Positions 49,379-60,381 of a stretch of DNA of 64,000 nt are shown here, piece by piece. Positions within the stretch are counted from its first letter, which is position 1, and each line of letters opens with the position of its first letter. A program made the translations under genes and the position numbers. Origin of the DNA: an uncultured Staphylococcaceae bacterium (lineage in GTDB: Bacteria; Bacillota_I; Bacilli_A; RFN20; CAG-826); assembly GCA_964416025.1 (NCBI GenBank), contig CAYQCJ010000001.1:41586-105585 (forward strand), written 5' to 3'. A model generated the notes under the pieces. The model was not told the origin of the DNA, did no database searches, and saw only the letters and a program-made list of their open reading frames with translations.

Positions 49379-51103
49379 ATGAAATCTAAACACAGAATAA
49401 AAGCGATAAACTTTATTTATTTATTTGTGACAATTTTTGCATTTGTTTCTATGGTTTTATCTTTTGTTTTTTATATCAATTCAATGAACCAAATGAATCG
49501 AAATGAAGAAAATATCGTTAAAAAAGAGAGTGATAGTTTTGCAGCAACATTCAATAATACCCTTGATAAATTTACTGATATTTCTGCTCGAATAAATAAC
49601 GATACCGAGTGCAAACTTTTAAAAACTTATTATTATGATATTTTGAACGACAACCCTGGGAAAGTTAATGCTTTAAATAAAGTGTCTGAATTATTAGAAA
49701 ACTATACCGAAACTTCTGAATTAGCTGCATTGGTAGGATTAAGAATTAAACCAACCGAAGAATATTCTTGTAGCAATCTACACTCAAGTAGTGATGATTT
49801 TAGTAGTATTGCCGAGATTGACGACATTCTAAATAATCTCTCTTTATCTTCGTTAGATAATGGATTGCTAATAAAAAACGAGTCTATATATTCAGTTTTT
49901 GCTGATGGCGTCGATGAAAAATTAAAAATTGTGGTTAAATTGAATAAATATAGTTTTTCGACTATTTTTAATACAATCGGAAACAATAATAACGACAATT
50001 CTGTTATTAAATTTACTCAAAATGGGGACGCTGTTTATGTTACGTCTAATTTTGAATTAAGTGATAATCAAATTAATTCGTTTGATACGTTAAACAATTT
50101 AGAAATCTCTAGAGATGGGAATATTATCAAATATTCAGTTCAAGTAAAAGATGGTTTATATTATGTAAAATATGTTGATAGTTCACCTTTTACTAGTTAC
50201 GGAGCTATCCCTTTAAATTTAATTATTTTATCTTGTATTTTAATCATTGTTTTCTTAGTAGGTTTTACATTTTTTGTAACTGTTTTTATGAATAAACCAA
50301 TCAATGAAATTAAAAAAGGCTATTCGATGATTAGTAGAGGAAATTTTGATTATCAAATTACTAATCACACAAGTACTGATTTTCAAGCATTATATGATGG
50401 ATTTAATCAAATGTCTTTGTCATTGCAAAATTATATTGATGATAATTATCTTCAACAAATTAGAATACAAGATTCCGAATATAAGATTCTACAATCACAA
50501 ATTAATCCACACTTTCTTTATAATTGTTTTGCAAATATCTCTGCTTTATGCAAATTAGGCGACAGTAAAAAGGCAGAAACTTTAACAAATAATCTTTCGT
50601 TATATTTTAAATATATTATGAAAAATAATGAAATGTATGTACCTTTGACCGATGAATTTGATCATATGATGAAATATATTGAGATTCAAAAAATTAGGTT
50701 TGAAGGTCGCGTTGATTATGACATTAGCGAATGCAAAAAAGCATATGAAAAGTACAACGTTCCAAAAATTATTTTTCAACCAATTGTTGAGAATTCATTC
50801 AAATATGTATATTCTAAAAAAGCAAAAGGTTCTATACTTCGAATAAAAATAATTGAAGAAAAAGAATGTTTGGCGATAGTTTTTGAGGATAATGGCGATA
50901 TTTTAAAACAAGAGGACGTAAATAAATTAAATGCAGACATGCGTGAGTTGACTATTGAAACAAGTGGCATAATTAATGTTGCTAAAAGAATTGAAAGTTA
51001 CTCTAATTCAAGAAGTCATGTCATTTGTGACTTAAGTCCAGATTTGGGCGGTTTGAGAGTCACATTTAGTTTGGATTACGAGACACTAAAAAATGAAAAT
51101 TAA
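49379..51103 (+). CDS. YesM/LytS-type sensor histidine kinase (His_kinase PF06580 type)
   Basis: Two transmembrane segments with a large extracellular domain, HAMP, QINPHFLYNCF H-box, C-terminal ATPase. Confidence 0.8.
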   Translation: MKSKHRIKAINFIYLFVTIFAFVSMVLSFVFYINSMNQMNRNEENIVKKESDSFAATFNNTLDKFTDISARINNDTECKLLKTYYYDILNDNPGKVNALNKVSELLENYTETSELAALVGLRIKPTEEYSCSNLHSSSDDFSSIAEIDDILNNLSLSSLDNGLLIKNESIYSVFADGVDEKLKIVVKLNKYSFSTIFNTIGNNNNDNSVIKFTQNGDAVYVTSNFELSDNQINSFDTLNNLEISRDGNIIKYSVQVKDGLYYVKYVDSSPFTSYGAIPLNLIILSCILIIVFLVGFTFFVTVFMNKPINEIKKGYSMISRGNFDYQITNHTSTDFQALYDGFNQMSLSLQNYIDDNYLQQIRIQDSEYKILQSQINPHFLYNCFANISALCKLGDSKKAETLTNNLSLYFKYIMKNNEMYVPLTDEFDHMMKYIEIQKIRFEGRVDYDISECKKAYEKYNVPKIIFQPIVENSFKYVYSKKAKGSILRIKIIEEKECLAIVFEDNGDILKQEDVNKLNADMRELTIETSGIINVAKRIESYSNSRSHVICDLSPDLGGLRVTFSLDYETLKNEN

Positions 51104-52295
51104 TGCAGTAATTGTTGATGATGAAAAAATCATTGCGGATGGATTTTTATTAACATTTAAGGAAAATTTCCCTAATGTTAATTTTAATTGCTTTTATACT
51201 TCTGAGGATGTTATGGAGTTTGCTAAATCCAATAGAATAGATTTATTGATTACTGATATTGATATGCCTATTAAAAACGGTATTTCTTTAGCAAAAGATG
51301 CTAAAACTTTGTTTCCACAAATGAGAACCCTTTTTCTTACGGGTATGGACACTTTTGATTATGTGTATAATGCAAGTAAAGTTAAGGATGCTCAATATGT
51401 TTTAAAAATTGAAAACGAAGCAACTATTGTACATATGGTTGGAGATTTAATTGCTGATATATTGAGTTATAACAACTTATTTAAAGATATTGGCGATATC
51501 CAAGAAGATTATAATCATCTTAAAAAAGAAAAAGTTTCTAATAATTTATTACACATCTTTAAGTTCGGAACACCTCTTGAAGAAAATACAGTAATAGGCG
51601 ATAAAATATTTTTAATTGGAAGATTTGTTAATGGTTTAGAAAAACCTACATTAGAATCGATCATTAATTTATGTAAGAACCATTTAAAAATCGATAATGG
51701 CGAAATTTTTCCAATTGATAATATTGAATTAGTAATGTTTGTTTCCCCAAAATATTTTAAGTTAGAGACTTTAACTAACATTCAACAAATTATTTTAAAA
51801 GAGCATAACGCCTCTTTAAGTTTTATCTACACTAAAGAAGAATATGGAGTTGATGAAGTTTTAGGAGTATTCAATAAATGCAATGATATTTTTTCAATGT
51901 CCAACATTAAAAACTTGTTTGTTTTCGCTTATGAAGATTTTCTTGACGATAACGCTGACAAGTCAGTTAAGATCATTAATAATATTAGAGATTACATCTG
52001 GGCTCATATGAATGAAGACATTTCCTTGAAGAAAATTAGTGAAGTGTTGTTTTATAATGAGTCCTATTTATCGAGATTATTTAAGAAATTGACCGGTTCT
52101 AATTTTAAAGATTTCGTTACAAGTCTAAGATTAGAAAAAAGTAAATATTTATTAAAAAATACCGATATGATGATAAAAGACATATGTAAAAATGTCGGTT
52201 TTGACTCTACAAGCCACTTTCAATTTTTCTTTAAAAAGAATCTTGGAACAACTCCTTTAGATTATCGAAGAGATTATGTAGAAGACAAAAAATAG
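51093..52295 (+). CDS. YesN-type response regulator (receiver plus AraC helix-turn-helix)
   Basis: Receiver N-terminus. Two AraC-type helix-turn-helix motifs at the C-terminus. Confidence 0.85.
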   Translation: MKINAVIVDDEKIIADGFLLTFKENFPNVNFNCFYTSEDVMEFAKSNRIDLLITDIDMPIKNGISLAKDAKTLFPQMRTLFLTGMDTFDYVYNASKVKDAQYVLKIENEATIVHMVGDLIADILSYNNLFKDIGDIQEDYNHLKKEKVSNNLLHIFKFGTPLEENTVIGDKIFLIGRFVNGLEKPTLESIINLCKNHLKIDNGEIFPIDNIELVMFVSPKYFKLETLTNIQQIILKEHNASLSFIYTKEEYGVDEVLGVFNKCNDIFSMSNIKNLFVFAYEDFLDDNADKSVKIINNIRDYIWAHMNEDISLKKISEVLFYNESYLSRLFKKLTGSNFKDFVTSLRLEKSKYLLKNTDMMIKDICKNVGFDSTSHFQFFFKKNLGTTPLDYRRDYVEDKK

Positions 52296-52405
52296 TCAAT
52301 TTTAAAGACAGGTAAAGAAAACACAATTTTGTAAAATTTTAAAAATTGTTAATGAAAGACCCCTTTTATATGATTAAAGTAGAAAAAACCTACAGGGAGT
52401 CAAAA

Positions 52406-54061
52406 ATGAAAAAATTTAGAACATTAACAATGTGTGCTTTGATGATTTGTTTCGCAACAACTGGTCTTGTTTCGTGCGGATCAACTTCAAACATAGATGA
52501 TGGAAGTGATGATTATAAGGATCCAACATACAATCCTTTCGGAAAATATGATGAACCAGTTCGTGTAAATGGAGTCATGGAATATTTAGCTCATAATGAT
52601 AGTAGAGTTCCAACAAACATTACACCAGACAACCAAGTATTCATTAAAAAAATTAAAGAAGAAATGAATATTGAGTGGAAATATATGTGGAAAGCTCCAT
52701 CTACTCAATACGAAAATAAATTAACATCAACAATGCTTTCAAAGAATTATCCAGATATTTTGAAAGTAAATGTTTCGCAATATGAAGAATTTTTAAAAAG
52801 AGGACTTTTAAAAGACTTAACTGAAACTTATAAATATGCAGCTCCTAAAACTTTGGAATATTTAAATCGTGATCCAGAAGTTATTGATTCCCTTAAAACT
52901 AGTGATGGAAAAATTTATGCTATTCCACAATACGATGATGTAAATCGTGAAATGCCAGTTATGTATTATAGACGTGATTGGTTAAAAGCTAATAATTTAG
53001 AAATTCCAACTACTCCTGCTCAATTAAAGAACGTTCTTTCTGTTTTTAAAGCAAAACAAAATGCTACTGCTGGTTTAGCTCTTTCAAAATCCTTTTATGG
53101 TTCGTATTTTACACTTGATAGATATCTTCAAATGTTTGGCGCTAAACCATATTCTTGGGTTAAAGATGGTAGTGATGGTTTAGTTGCTAGCGAAACAACT
53201 AACGAAGCAAAAGCTGCTTTAACATACCTCAATGATTTATATAAGAATCAATTAATTTCAAAAGATTTTGCCGCTACCGATGCTGCTACTGTTGAAGCTA
53301 ATATTAAAACTAGCAAAACAGGTATTATTTTTGGACCTTGGTGGCAATATGAATATCCATTAGCTGATTTATTAAATGATCAAGATTGGGCTGTTGCACA
53401 AATTCCTTTAGAAGAAGGAGCAACAATTGTTCTTCCAAAACAACAAATTTCATCTTATTACGTTTGTTTAAAAGGCTTTAAAAATCCTGAAGTTTTAATG
53501 AAATTAATTAATGCTTATATTGCTTATGATGGAAAAGATGGTTGTGCTGCTGAAGATGGATATGTTTGGAGTTGGTGCCCAACTCAATTCTATGATCCAT
53601 ATGAAGTTGATACACAATATAATGAATTCCAAAAACAAATTAAAATTGACCCAACTGCTTCTGGAGAAGCACCTGCTGATTGGTCTAACCATTTAAAGAA
53701 TTTATGGAGTGTTTATGATGACTTTAAAGTTTGGAAAGCAGATCACGGAGCCGTAAAATATCAAGCTAACTGGTTTGCGAATATTGTCGGAAGATTAGAA
53801 ACTGATGGGGCTTGGGCGAAGATTTTAGAAACTCGTGCTACTGGAAAGATTAAATTTAATGAATATACAACACTTCCAACTTCTGCTCAAAAAGATTATG
53901 GAAGCCAAATGGCAACACATAGTGAAGAATATTATGTAAAAGCAATTATGGGTGAGAAAAATCTTACTTCGGATTGGACTACATACATTTCTGAGTGGAA
54001 TAAATTAGGTGGCGCAAAAGTTACTGAAGAAGTTAATGCTTGGTATAAAAAACAAGATTAG
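52406..54061 (+). CDS. Sugar ABC transporter substrate-binding lipoprotein (LplA/YesO-like)
   Basis: GGGAG ribosome-binding site, then MKKFRTLTM. Lipobox LVSCGS. Start chosen at 52406 within ORF 52346. Confidence 0.8.
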   Translation: MKKFRTLTMCALMICFATTGLVSCGSTSNIDDGSDDYKDPTYNPFGKYDEPVRVNGVMEYLAHNDSRVPTNITPDNQVFIKKIKEEMNIEWKYMWKAPSTQYENKLTSTMLSKNYPDILKVNVSQYEEFLKRGLLKDLTETYKYAAPKTLEYLNRDPEVIDSLKTSDGKIYAIPQYDDVNREMPVMYYRRDWLKANNLEIPTTPAQLKNVLSVFKAKQNATAGLALSKSFYGSYFTLDRYLQMFGAKPYSWVKDGSDGLVASETTNEAKAALTYLNDLYKNQLISKDFAATDAATVEANIKTSKTGIIFGPWWQYEYPLADLLNDQDWAVAQIPLEEGATIVLPKQQISSYYVCLKGFKNPEVLMKLINAYIAYDGKDGCAAEDGYVWSWCPTQFYDPYEVDTQYNEFQKQIKIDPTASGEAPADWSNHLKNLWSVYDDFKVWKADHGAVKYQANWFANIVGRLETDGAWAKILETRATGKIKFNEYTTLPTSAQKDYGSQMATHSEEYYVKAIMGEKNLTSDWTTYISEWNKLGGAKVTEEVNAWYKKQD

Positions 54062-54076
54062 TTGATTGGTAATTTT

Positions 54077-55027
54077 ATGGAAAATACGAATATATTAACA
54101 AAACCTAAAAAGCAAAAAAAGTTATCTAGTTTACATAAACTAAATGGACAATTGATTTGGTGGTTAATGCTTTTACCAGGATTAGCACTCACCTTATTAT
54201 TCAAATATGGTTCAATGTTTGGTGTAATCATCGCCTTCCAAGATTTTGGATTAGGTGCGACCGGCTTTTTTGGAAACGATTGGGTCGGATTAGATAATTT
54301 CTATTATGTTTTTTCACTAAAAGCATTTGGTCAATCAATAGTAAATACGCTGCTGATTGCAAGTTGCAAGATGGTTCTAGGAATAATAGTTCCTTTAACT
54401 CTTGCTTTATTAATAAATGAAGTTGGAAAAAAGCGGTTTGCAAAAGTAGTGCAAACGACATACTTCTTGCCGTTTTTCCTCTCATGGATTATTCTGGGCG
54501 GAATCATTTCACAAATGTTCTCGTATAACGGTATCATCAACACGCTGGTGTCGATGTTCGGGCATGAGAAAATTCTCTTCTTATTAGACAATGATTGGTT
54601 TAGAGCGATCATTATTATCTCTGATGTCTGGAAAGGCATGGGATATAACATGGTTATTTTCTTAGCTGCAATTGCTGGAGTTGATCCAAGTTTATATGAA
54701 GCAGCTGAAATAGATGGTGCAAATAGACTTCAAAGAGTTTGGCACGTTACTTTACCAGGTATTTCCCCTGTTGTCTTCCTTCTATCAACTTTAGCTTTAT
54801 CTGGAATTTTAAATGCAAATTTCGATCAAGTTTATATTTTGTATAACCCAATGGTTTATGAAGGCGGAGATATTATTGATACATTCATTTATCGTTTAGG
54901 TTTTACTGGAGATGCTCGTATGGATGTCTCAAGTGCCGTTGGTTTGATGAAATCCCTTGTTTCTTGTGTTCTTGTCGGTGGAACTTATTATTTCGCTTAT
55001 AAGAAATTTGGATACAGGATATTTTAG
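54077..55027 (+). CDS. Sugar ABC permease (LplB-like)
   Basis: Six transmembrane helices. The ATG at 54077 is preferred over the TTG at 54062. Confidence 0.8.
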   Translation: MENTNILTKPKKQKKLSSLHKLNGQLIWWLMLLPGLALTLLFKYGSMFGVIIAFQDFGLGATGFFGNDWVGLDNFYYVFSLKAFGQSIVNTLLIASCKMVLGIIVPLTLALLINEVGKKRFAKVVQTTYFLPFFLSWIILGGIISQMFSYNGIINTLVSMFGHEKILFLLDNDWFRAIIIISDVWKGMGYNMVIFLAAIAGVDPSLYEAAEIDGANRLQRVWHVTLPGISPVVFLLSTLALSGILNANFDQVYILYNPMVYEGGDIIDTFIYRLGFTGDARMDVSSAVGLMKSLVSCVLVGGTYYFAYKKFGYRIF

Positions 55028-55039
55028 GAGGATAAGAAA

Positions 55040-55945
55040 ATGGCAATTAAAACTACAAAGTCACGTAAGGCTTTTGTTACATTCAATTATTTCTTTCTTA
55101 CTCTTCTTGCATTATTATGTATTTTCCCATTCGTTCACTTATTAGCTTTATCATTTTCAAGTGATGAATTTACTTCTGCCGGTCTTGTTTCTTTATGGCC
55201 AAAAGGTTTTACAATCGATGCTTATTCAATTTTGATTTCTAAACCAGAATTCTTTAGATCTTTTGGGATTAGTGTTTTAAGAACTGTTATTGGCACTGTA
55301 TTTGGTTTAATAATCATTATTTTAACTGCTTATCCTTTATCTAAATCGAACAAGGTTTTAAGAGGTCGTACAGCTATTGTTTGGATTTTTGCTTTCACAA
55401 TGTTTTTTGGTGGAGGTTTAGCCGCACAATATGTTTTATATCAATCATTAGGTTTAATCGATAATTTCTTAGTTTTTATTCTTCCTGGAGCATGTGATGT
55501 TTGGTTTGTTCTTATGTTAATGAATTTCTTCAGGGGAATTCCAAAAGAAATTGAAGAAGCCGCTATATTAGATGGATGCAATCAATTCCAAATCTTATTT
55601 AGAATATTCGTTCCAATCTCTCTTCCTTCAATTGTAACTATAGTTTTATTTACAGCTACTGGTCATTGGAATTCTTGGTTTGATGGTGTTTTATTCATGA
55701 ACGATCCTTCAAAGTACCCATTACAATCTTATTTATATGTTATGTTAGAGTCTTCTGATCCTGCCAAATTAGCTGGTTCATCTGGAACTCTTACTCCCGA
55801 GCAAATTGAAGCTTTAAAGAATATTGGTGGCAAGAATATTCAAGCTGCTCAAATATTCTTAGGTATGCTTCCAATTACATTGGTTTATCCATTTGTTCAA
55901 AGATTCTTTATTAAAGGAATTACTATTGGAAGTGTTAAGGGTTAA
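55040..55945 (+). CDS. Sugar ABC permease (LplC-like)
   Basis: EAA loop EAAILDGC. Confidence 0.85.
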   Translation: MAIKTTKSRKAFVTFNYFFLTLLALLCIFPFVHLLALSFSSDEFTSAGLVSLWPKGFTIDAYSILISKPEFFRSFGISVLRTVIGTVFGLIIIILTAYPLSKSNKVLRGRTAIVWIFAFTMFFGGGLAAQYVLYQSLGLIDNFLVFILPGACDVWFVLMLMNFFRGIPKEIEEAAILDGCNQFQILFRIFVPISLPSIVTIVLFTATGHWNSWFDGVLFMNDPSKYPLQSYLYVMLESSDPAKLAGSSGTLTPEQIEALKNIGGKNIQAAQIFLGMLPITLVYPFVQRFFIKGITIGSVKG

Positions 55946-55948
55946 ACA

Positions 55949-57649
55949 ATGAAAAAAATTAATAAATTATTCGTTTTAGGAATTGCAATGTTGTTGACTG
56001 GATGTAATACAACCGGTCAAACAACTCCAAATTATGATGAAACAAATGTTTTAGTTATTTTTGATGGAGATGAAGGTGATGGATATAACGATCTTTATCG
56101 TAGAGCCATTGAAGACAACGCTAAAAATGACTTAAATGTTAAAGTTTCAACTTACAATTTAGGTTATGCTCCAGAGATGTTTAACGAGGATTTGCAGGGG
56201 AAATTGAATGAAAAGACCTATGATGCAACTATTATTTTTGGTGAAAAGGCTACTGTTGAATTAGAGCCTACTATCAAGATGTATCAAGGCTATAAATTTA
56301 TTACTATAGATGCCAATCAACAAGCTCTTCATAACAATGAAACTAGCGTTGACTTTGATCCAGAAGATTATGGCTATGTTGCTGGACAAATTAGTGCTCA
56401 AACATCGAATAACAAAAAAATATCATATTTTTCTACTTATCAAAGTTCATATGAAAATAGAAAATTGTATGGTTTTATTCAAGGGGCTAAGAATAAGGAT
56501 TCTGGCATAAGAATTTTAGAGAATTATGTTGAAGAAAACTCATGTCCGATTAAAATCAAAGATTATGCAAAAGAAGCAATAAGTACATATAAAGTAGATA
56601 CGATGTATGGCTCTTTAAATGAAGTCAATTCAGCTTCTTTAAATGAAAATAAGGGGTCTTCGCAAGTGATTTTGGATTTTGATTCAAAATTTGAAGACAA
56701 CAAAACTGACACTTATTTAACAAAAGATTATTCTAAAATCATCAACACTGTTTTTACTAACATTGCTAAAAAAGAATTCAATTTTAATAGCCGTTATGAA
56801 TATGGTATTGATGGTGAATATATTAAAGTAAATAAAAAAAGTGAATATGGAGTAATAAAAGATTTAACCGATTATAGTAAATCAGAGTTTGAATCATTAA
56901 AAGAAGAAGTTTTAATCGATAAGTCATCTTCTTATACTCCAAAATATACTTCAACTGCTGCATATCATGAAGCGATGCCAAATTGTTCCGATACAATGGA
57001 TTGGAAATACAACCCAAGAACTGGAGCAGATGGCGGTGCTAAACCAGCGAGTTGGAAATGTTTAGGTATATGGTCAACCATTTACCCTCAAGACGGTAAA
57101 CCTTTATCAAAAAATACCGGTATTGAATTCAAAAATATGAAGACTTACGGATATTCAACAAGAAAAGGCTGGGTATTGATCGAACATGCTAATCCTGTAG
57201 GTGCATTTTATGAGAAAGATTTTGTTAATGATTATCATAAAGACATTGATGGGAATGCATTTAATTATAAAGATGAAAAGAGAACTAAGATTTTATTAAA
57301 CAATAAAACTAAAGGTTTTAATTACCATCCTTTTGGTCAACAAAATGACCTTGAGGCTATTGATTTGGTAGACATTGAATATGTTATATCAACCATGGAT
57401 ATTAGATTAATCGTTTGGGATAACGAGCAATCTATCGATATTGACGATGCAAAATATGTGGCTAACATTGGTGGAGATTGGTGGTCATATAAAGGTGCGA
57501 CTTGGCAGCCAGATTGGTCAACAAATAGGGATGTATGTGTTGGTCAATTTAGAATAATTACCAAGGAATGGAAAACACTATATATGAGTAGTGTTCCGGT
57601 CGATAAATACGATAGTATCGTTGGAGATCTCAGTTTTCTTAACGAATAA
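55949..57649 (+). CDS. Lipoprotein of unknown function (possibly a binding-protein-like fold)
   Basis: Lipobox LLTGCNT. 566 aa. Confidence 0.45.
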   Translation: MKKINKLFVLGIAMLLTGCNTTGQTTPNYDETNVLVIFDGDEGDGYNDLYRRAIEDNAKNDLNVKVSTYNLGYAPEMFNEDLQGKLNEKTYDATIIFGEKATVELEPTIKMYQGYKFITIDANQQALHNNETSVDFDPEDYGYVAGQISAQTSNNKKISYFSTYQSSYENRKLYGFIQGAKNKDSGIRILENYVEENSCPIKIKDYAKEAISTYKVDTMYGSLNEVNSASLNENKGSSQVILDFDSKFEDNKTDTYLTKDYSKIINTVFTNIAKKEFNFNSRYEYGIDGEYIKVNKKSEYGVIKDLTDYSKSEFESLKEEVLIDKSSSYTPKYTSTAAYHEAMPNCSDTMDWKYNPRTGADGGAKPASWKCLGIWSTIYPQDGKPLSKNTGIEFKNMKTYGYSTRKGWVLIEHANPVGAFYEKDFVNDYHKDIDGNAFNYKDEKRTKILLNNKTKGFNYHPFGQQNDLEAIDLVDIEYVISTMDIRLIVWDNEQSIDIDDAKYVANIGGDWWSYKGATWQPDWSTNRDVCVGQFRIITKEWKTLYMSSVPVDKYDSIVGDLSFLNE

Positions 57650-57673
57650 TCATTATTAATAAAAGGAGAAAAT

Positions 57674-60259
57674 ATGAAAAAGAGTCTTAAATTTGCCGCT
57701 GTCTTATTAAGTAGTACGGTTCTACTTGGAAGTTGTAGTAAACCAGTTGTTGAAGTTCCACCAGTTGTTGAAGATGATGTTAAAGTAGTTGGTGTAACAG
57801 TAAGTGAGTCTGAAAATGTTGATTGTGATTATACAAAGCAACTAGAAGCAACTATCTTACCTGCAAACGCAACAAACAAAACAGTCACTTGGACATCAAG
57901 TAATCCAAAAATAGCTACTGTTGATGCCAATGGTCTTGTTTATGGTGCTAAAAATGGAACTGTAAAGATTATAGCTACAACCGAAGATGGTGGTTATAAA
58001 GCTGAATGTGAAGTTACTGTTTCTGGTTATCACAAATCAAAAACGGTATGGGAAAATTTTGGTAAAATCGAAAATAATACTGCCTACAACACAGAAGAAG
58101 GCAATAAAGATTTTGAAATTGTTACTGATAACGAAGATTATACCGAAGTTAAATTTAATCGTTCGACTACAAGAGAATGGGCTAGTTTTAAATGCTGGTA
58201 CAATCAAATAGCTGCTACAAGCCTCGATATCGATGTTGAACTTGTCCAAGGAAACTTACCAGGTTTCTTAGTTGAAATGGCTGGAGAATTAAATTTCAAG
58301 CAATTTTGGAGAGTTCCATTAACAGTTGGAACAAGAACAAAAGTTTCTTATAACTTAACAGATTACAACATTAAAAGTGGTAAAGAAGGTGATGGTAGTT
58401 GGGGATTCATGTTCTTTGAATTTGATAATCCAAACGATGGAAGCGACACAAACGGAAATGCAAATTCTGATGTTGTTTTAAGATTTCATAAAGTTCAATT
58501 AAAGACTGATACTGCCAAGAAACCAGATGTAGTAACTGGTCTTAAATATGACGACAAGTCTAAAAAATTAGTGTTTAACAAAGATACTGGCGCTTCTTCT
58601 TATAGTGTCGACGTTGTTAAAGTTGATGGATCAACAGAAACTCCATTAACATTAGAATCTCAAATTACAAGATTTAGAGCTATTGAAAATATTCCAGGAA
58701 TGAAATTAAGTTTTATTCCAAAAACTGAAGAAAATTTCGCAACTGTTCCAGGAAATTATAAGGCAAGAATTAAAGCTACAAACTCAGTTGGCGATGCTGA
58801 ATATTGCGATTATATTAATTTCACAATTGCTGAACCAGAAATAGTTTCAAGTTTTGAATCAGAAAACTTTGCTAATAATGGTGCTATGTACGCTAACCAA
58901 TATAACGTAAACAAGACTTATGCTGTAAGCAATGTTGCTAACGGAAAGAAGATTTCTTTTACTGGAGTAACAACTGAAGAAGTTGATAGTCCATCATGGG
59001 ATTCAATCTTACTTGATTTCGATAAAACTGAGAAATTCTCTAAATTTTATATGGATTTCGAAGTAATTAAATCAGCAAATCCAATTAAAAACATTGGAAT
59101 TCAATTTAATGATTGGGCTGAATCTGACCCTGAAAATAGCGATGGAAACCAAAAATTCTTTAAAGATATTACTGGAGAAACTGGCGATATTCATGTTGAA
59201 TTTGATGTAACTGCTGATTTATCACTTGGTTTAGGAAATGTTGGATTAATGTTTGATCGAACAAACAATTTAGGCGATGTTGAAATTGTTGTTAAAAAGA
59301 TCGGTCTCAAGAAAACTGTAGAAGGATATGAATCAGAAAACTTTGCTAATAATGGTGCTATGTACGCTAACCAATATAACGTAAACAAGACTTATGCTGT
59401 AAGCAATGTTGCTAACGGAAAGAAGATTTCTTTTACTGGAGTAACAACTGAAGAAGTTGATAGTCCATCATGGGATTCAATCTTACTTGATTTCGATAAA
59501 ACTGAGAAATTCTCTAAATTTTATATGGACTTTGAAGTAATTAAATCCGCAAATCCAATTAAAAACATTGGAATTCAATTTAATGATTGGGCTGAATCTG
59601 AACCTGAAAATAGCGACGGAAACCAAAAATTCTTTAAAGATATTACTGGAGAAACTGGTGATATTCATGTTGAATTTGATGTAACTGCCGATTTATCGCT
59701 TGGTTTAGGAAATGGTGGATTAATGTTTGATCGAACAAATAATTTAGGTGATGTTGAAATTGTTGTTAAAAAGATTGGTCTTAAGAAAGCATCAAAACCT
59801 GCATCAGGTTATACAGCAACTGGTTTTGCTAACGATGGTGCAATTGTTCCAAATGAATATAATGGTAATAAAACATATGCTGCCGCTTTAACTGAAACTG
59901 GATATAAATTAACATTTACTTCGAGTGTTACAAGTGATGCATCATGGGATTCGTTCTTATTAAATTTTGATAAGAACGGTAGTTTTACAAAATTCTCTAT
60001 TGAATTTGAAGTTATTAAAACCACAGCTCATCTAACAGATTTAGGTATACAATTCAATGATTATGGTGATGGCGATGCAGAAAATGATGGAAAACAACAA
60101 CATTGGTTTAATGTTGCATCCAAGGATGGCAAAATAACTGAAACATTTGATATTACAACTGATCTCAGCAAAGGATTAGGAACTGTCGGATTAATGTTTG
60201 ATAGGATTTCTGGAACTGGCGATGTTGAAATAATGGTTTATTCTGTTTCGTTAAGTTAA
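57674..60259 (+). CDS. Surface lipoprotein: a Big_2 Ig-like domain followed by three copies of a ~158-aa domain
   Basis: Lipobox LGSCSK. Big_2 segment VVGVTVSE...TWTSSNPKIATVDANGLV...ATTEDGG. Copies 2 and 3 are about 98% identical at the DNA level. Confidence 0.6.
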   Translation: MKKSLKFAAVLLSSTVLLGSCSKPVVEVPPVVEDDVKVVGVTVSESENVDCDYTKQLEATILPANATNKTVTWTSSNPKIATVDANGLVYGAKNGTVKIIATTEDGGYKAECEVTVSGYHKSKTVWENFGKIENNTAYNTEEGNKDFEIVTDNEDYTEVKFNRSTTREWASFKCWYNQIAATSLDIDVELVQGNLPGFLVEMAGELNFKQFWRVPLTVGTRTKVSYNLTDYNIKSGKEGDGSWGFMFFEFDNPNDGSDTNGNANSDVVLRFHKVQLKTDTAKKPDVVTGLKYDDKSKKLVFNKDTGASSYSVDVVKVDGSTETPLTLESQITRFRAIENIPGMKLSFIPKTEENFATVPGNYKARIKATNSVGDAEYCDYINFTIAEPEIVSSFESENFANNGAMYANQYNVNKTYAVSNVANGKKISFTGVTTEEVDSPSWDSILLDFDKTEKFSKFYMDFEVIKSANPIKNIGIQFNDWAESDPENSDGNQKFFKDITGETGDIHVEFDVTADLSLGLGNVGLMFDRTNNLGDVEIVVKKIGLKKTVEGYESENFANNGAMYANQYNVNKTYAVSNVANGKKISFTGVTTEEVDSPSWDSILLDFDKTEKFSKFYMDFEVIKSANPIKNIGIQFNDWAESEPENSDGNQKFFKDITGETGDIHVEFDVTADLSLGLGNGGLMFDRTNNLGDVEIVVKKIGLKKASKPASGYTATGFANDGAIVPNEYNGNKTYAAALTETGYKLTFTSSVTSDASWDSFLLNFDKNGSFTKFSIEFEVIKTTAHLTDLGIQFNDYGDGDAENDGKQQHWFNVASKDGKITETFDITTDLSKGLGTVGLMFDRISGTGDVEIMVYSVSLS
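58856..59803 (+). repeat. Tandem direct repeat, 2 x 474 bp at about 98% identity, inside the lipoprotein CDS, plus a diverged third copy at 59804-60250
   Basis: GAATCAGAAAACTTTGCTAATAATGG... begins at 58856 and again at 59330. Only a handful of mismatches (for example GACCCT vs GAACCT, GTTGGA vs GGTGGA). Confidence 0.85.
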
Positions 60260-60264
60260 TTAAG

Positions 60265-60292
60265 TTAGTAAGGGCCAACTGGCCCTTACTAA
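60265..60292 (+). terminator. Terminator-like hairpin TTAGTAAGGGCCA-ac-TGGCCCTTACTAA
   Basis: 13-bp perfect GC-cored stem, 5 nt after the stop. A/T-rich but not pure T tail. Confidence 0.55.
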
Positions 60293-60381
60293 TATAGAAA
60301 ATTAATAAGAAATATTTTTGTAATTTGATAAGATTGTTCTTATTAATTTTCTTCTTTAAAAACCTTCTAGGAGTACTCTAA

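Noticed and set aside
5580-59800. Numerous 60-120-aa off-frame or antisense ORFs in the track. Examples: 5580-5765, 7199-7387, 11418-11621, 12291-12600, 14049-14584, 21480-21680, 24243-24599, 31290-31934, 33392-33619, 34598-34807, 40389-41236, 45754-46219, 48631-48975, 49702-49998, 53504-53696, 54228-54651, 56310-57017, 57987-58249, 59191-60024
   Set aside because: All are embedded in longer, well-supported genes. They are a typical artefact of low-GC sequence. None has a ribosome-binding site or a recognisable motif.
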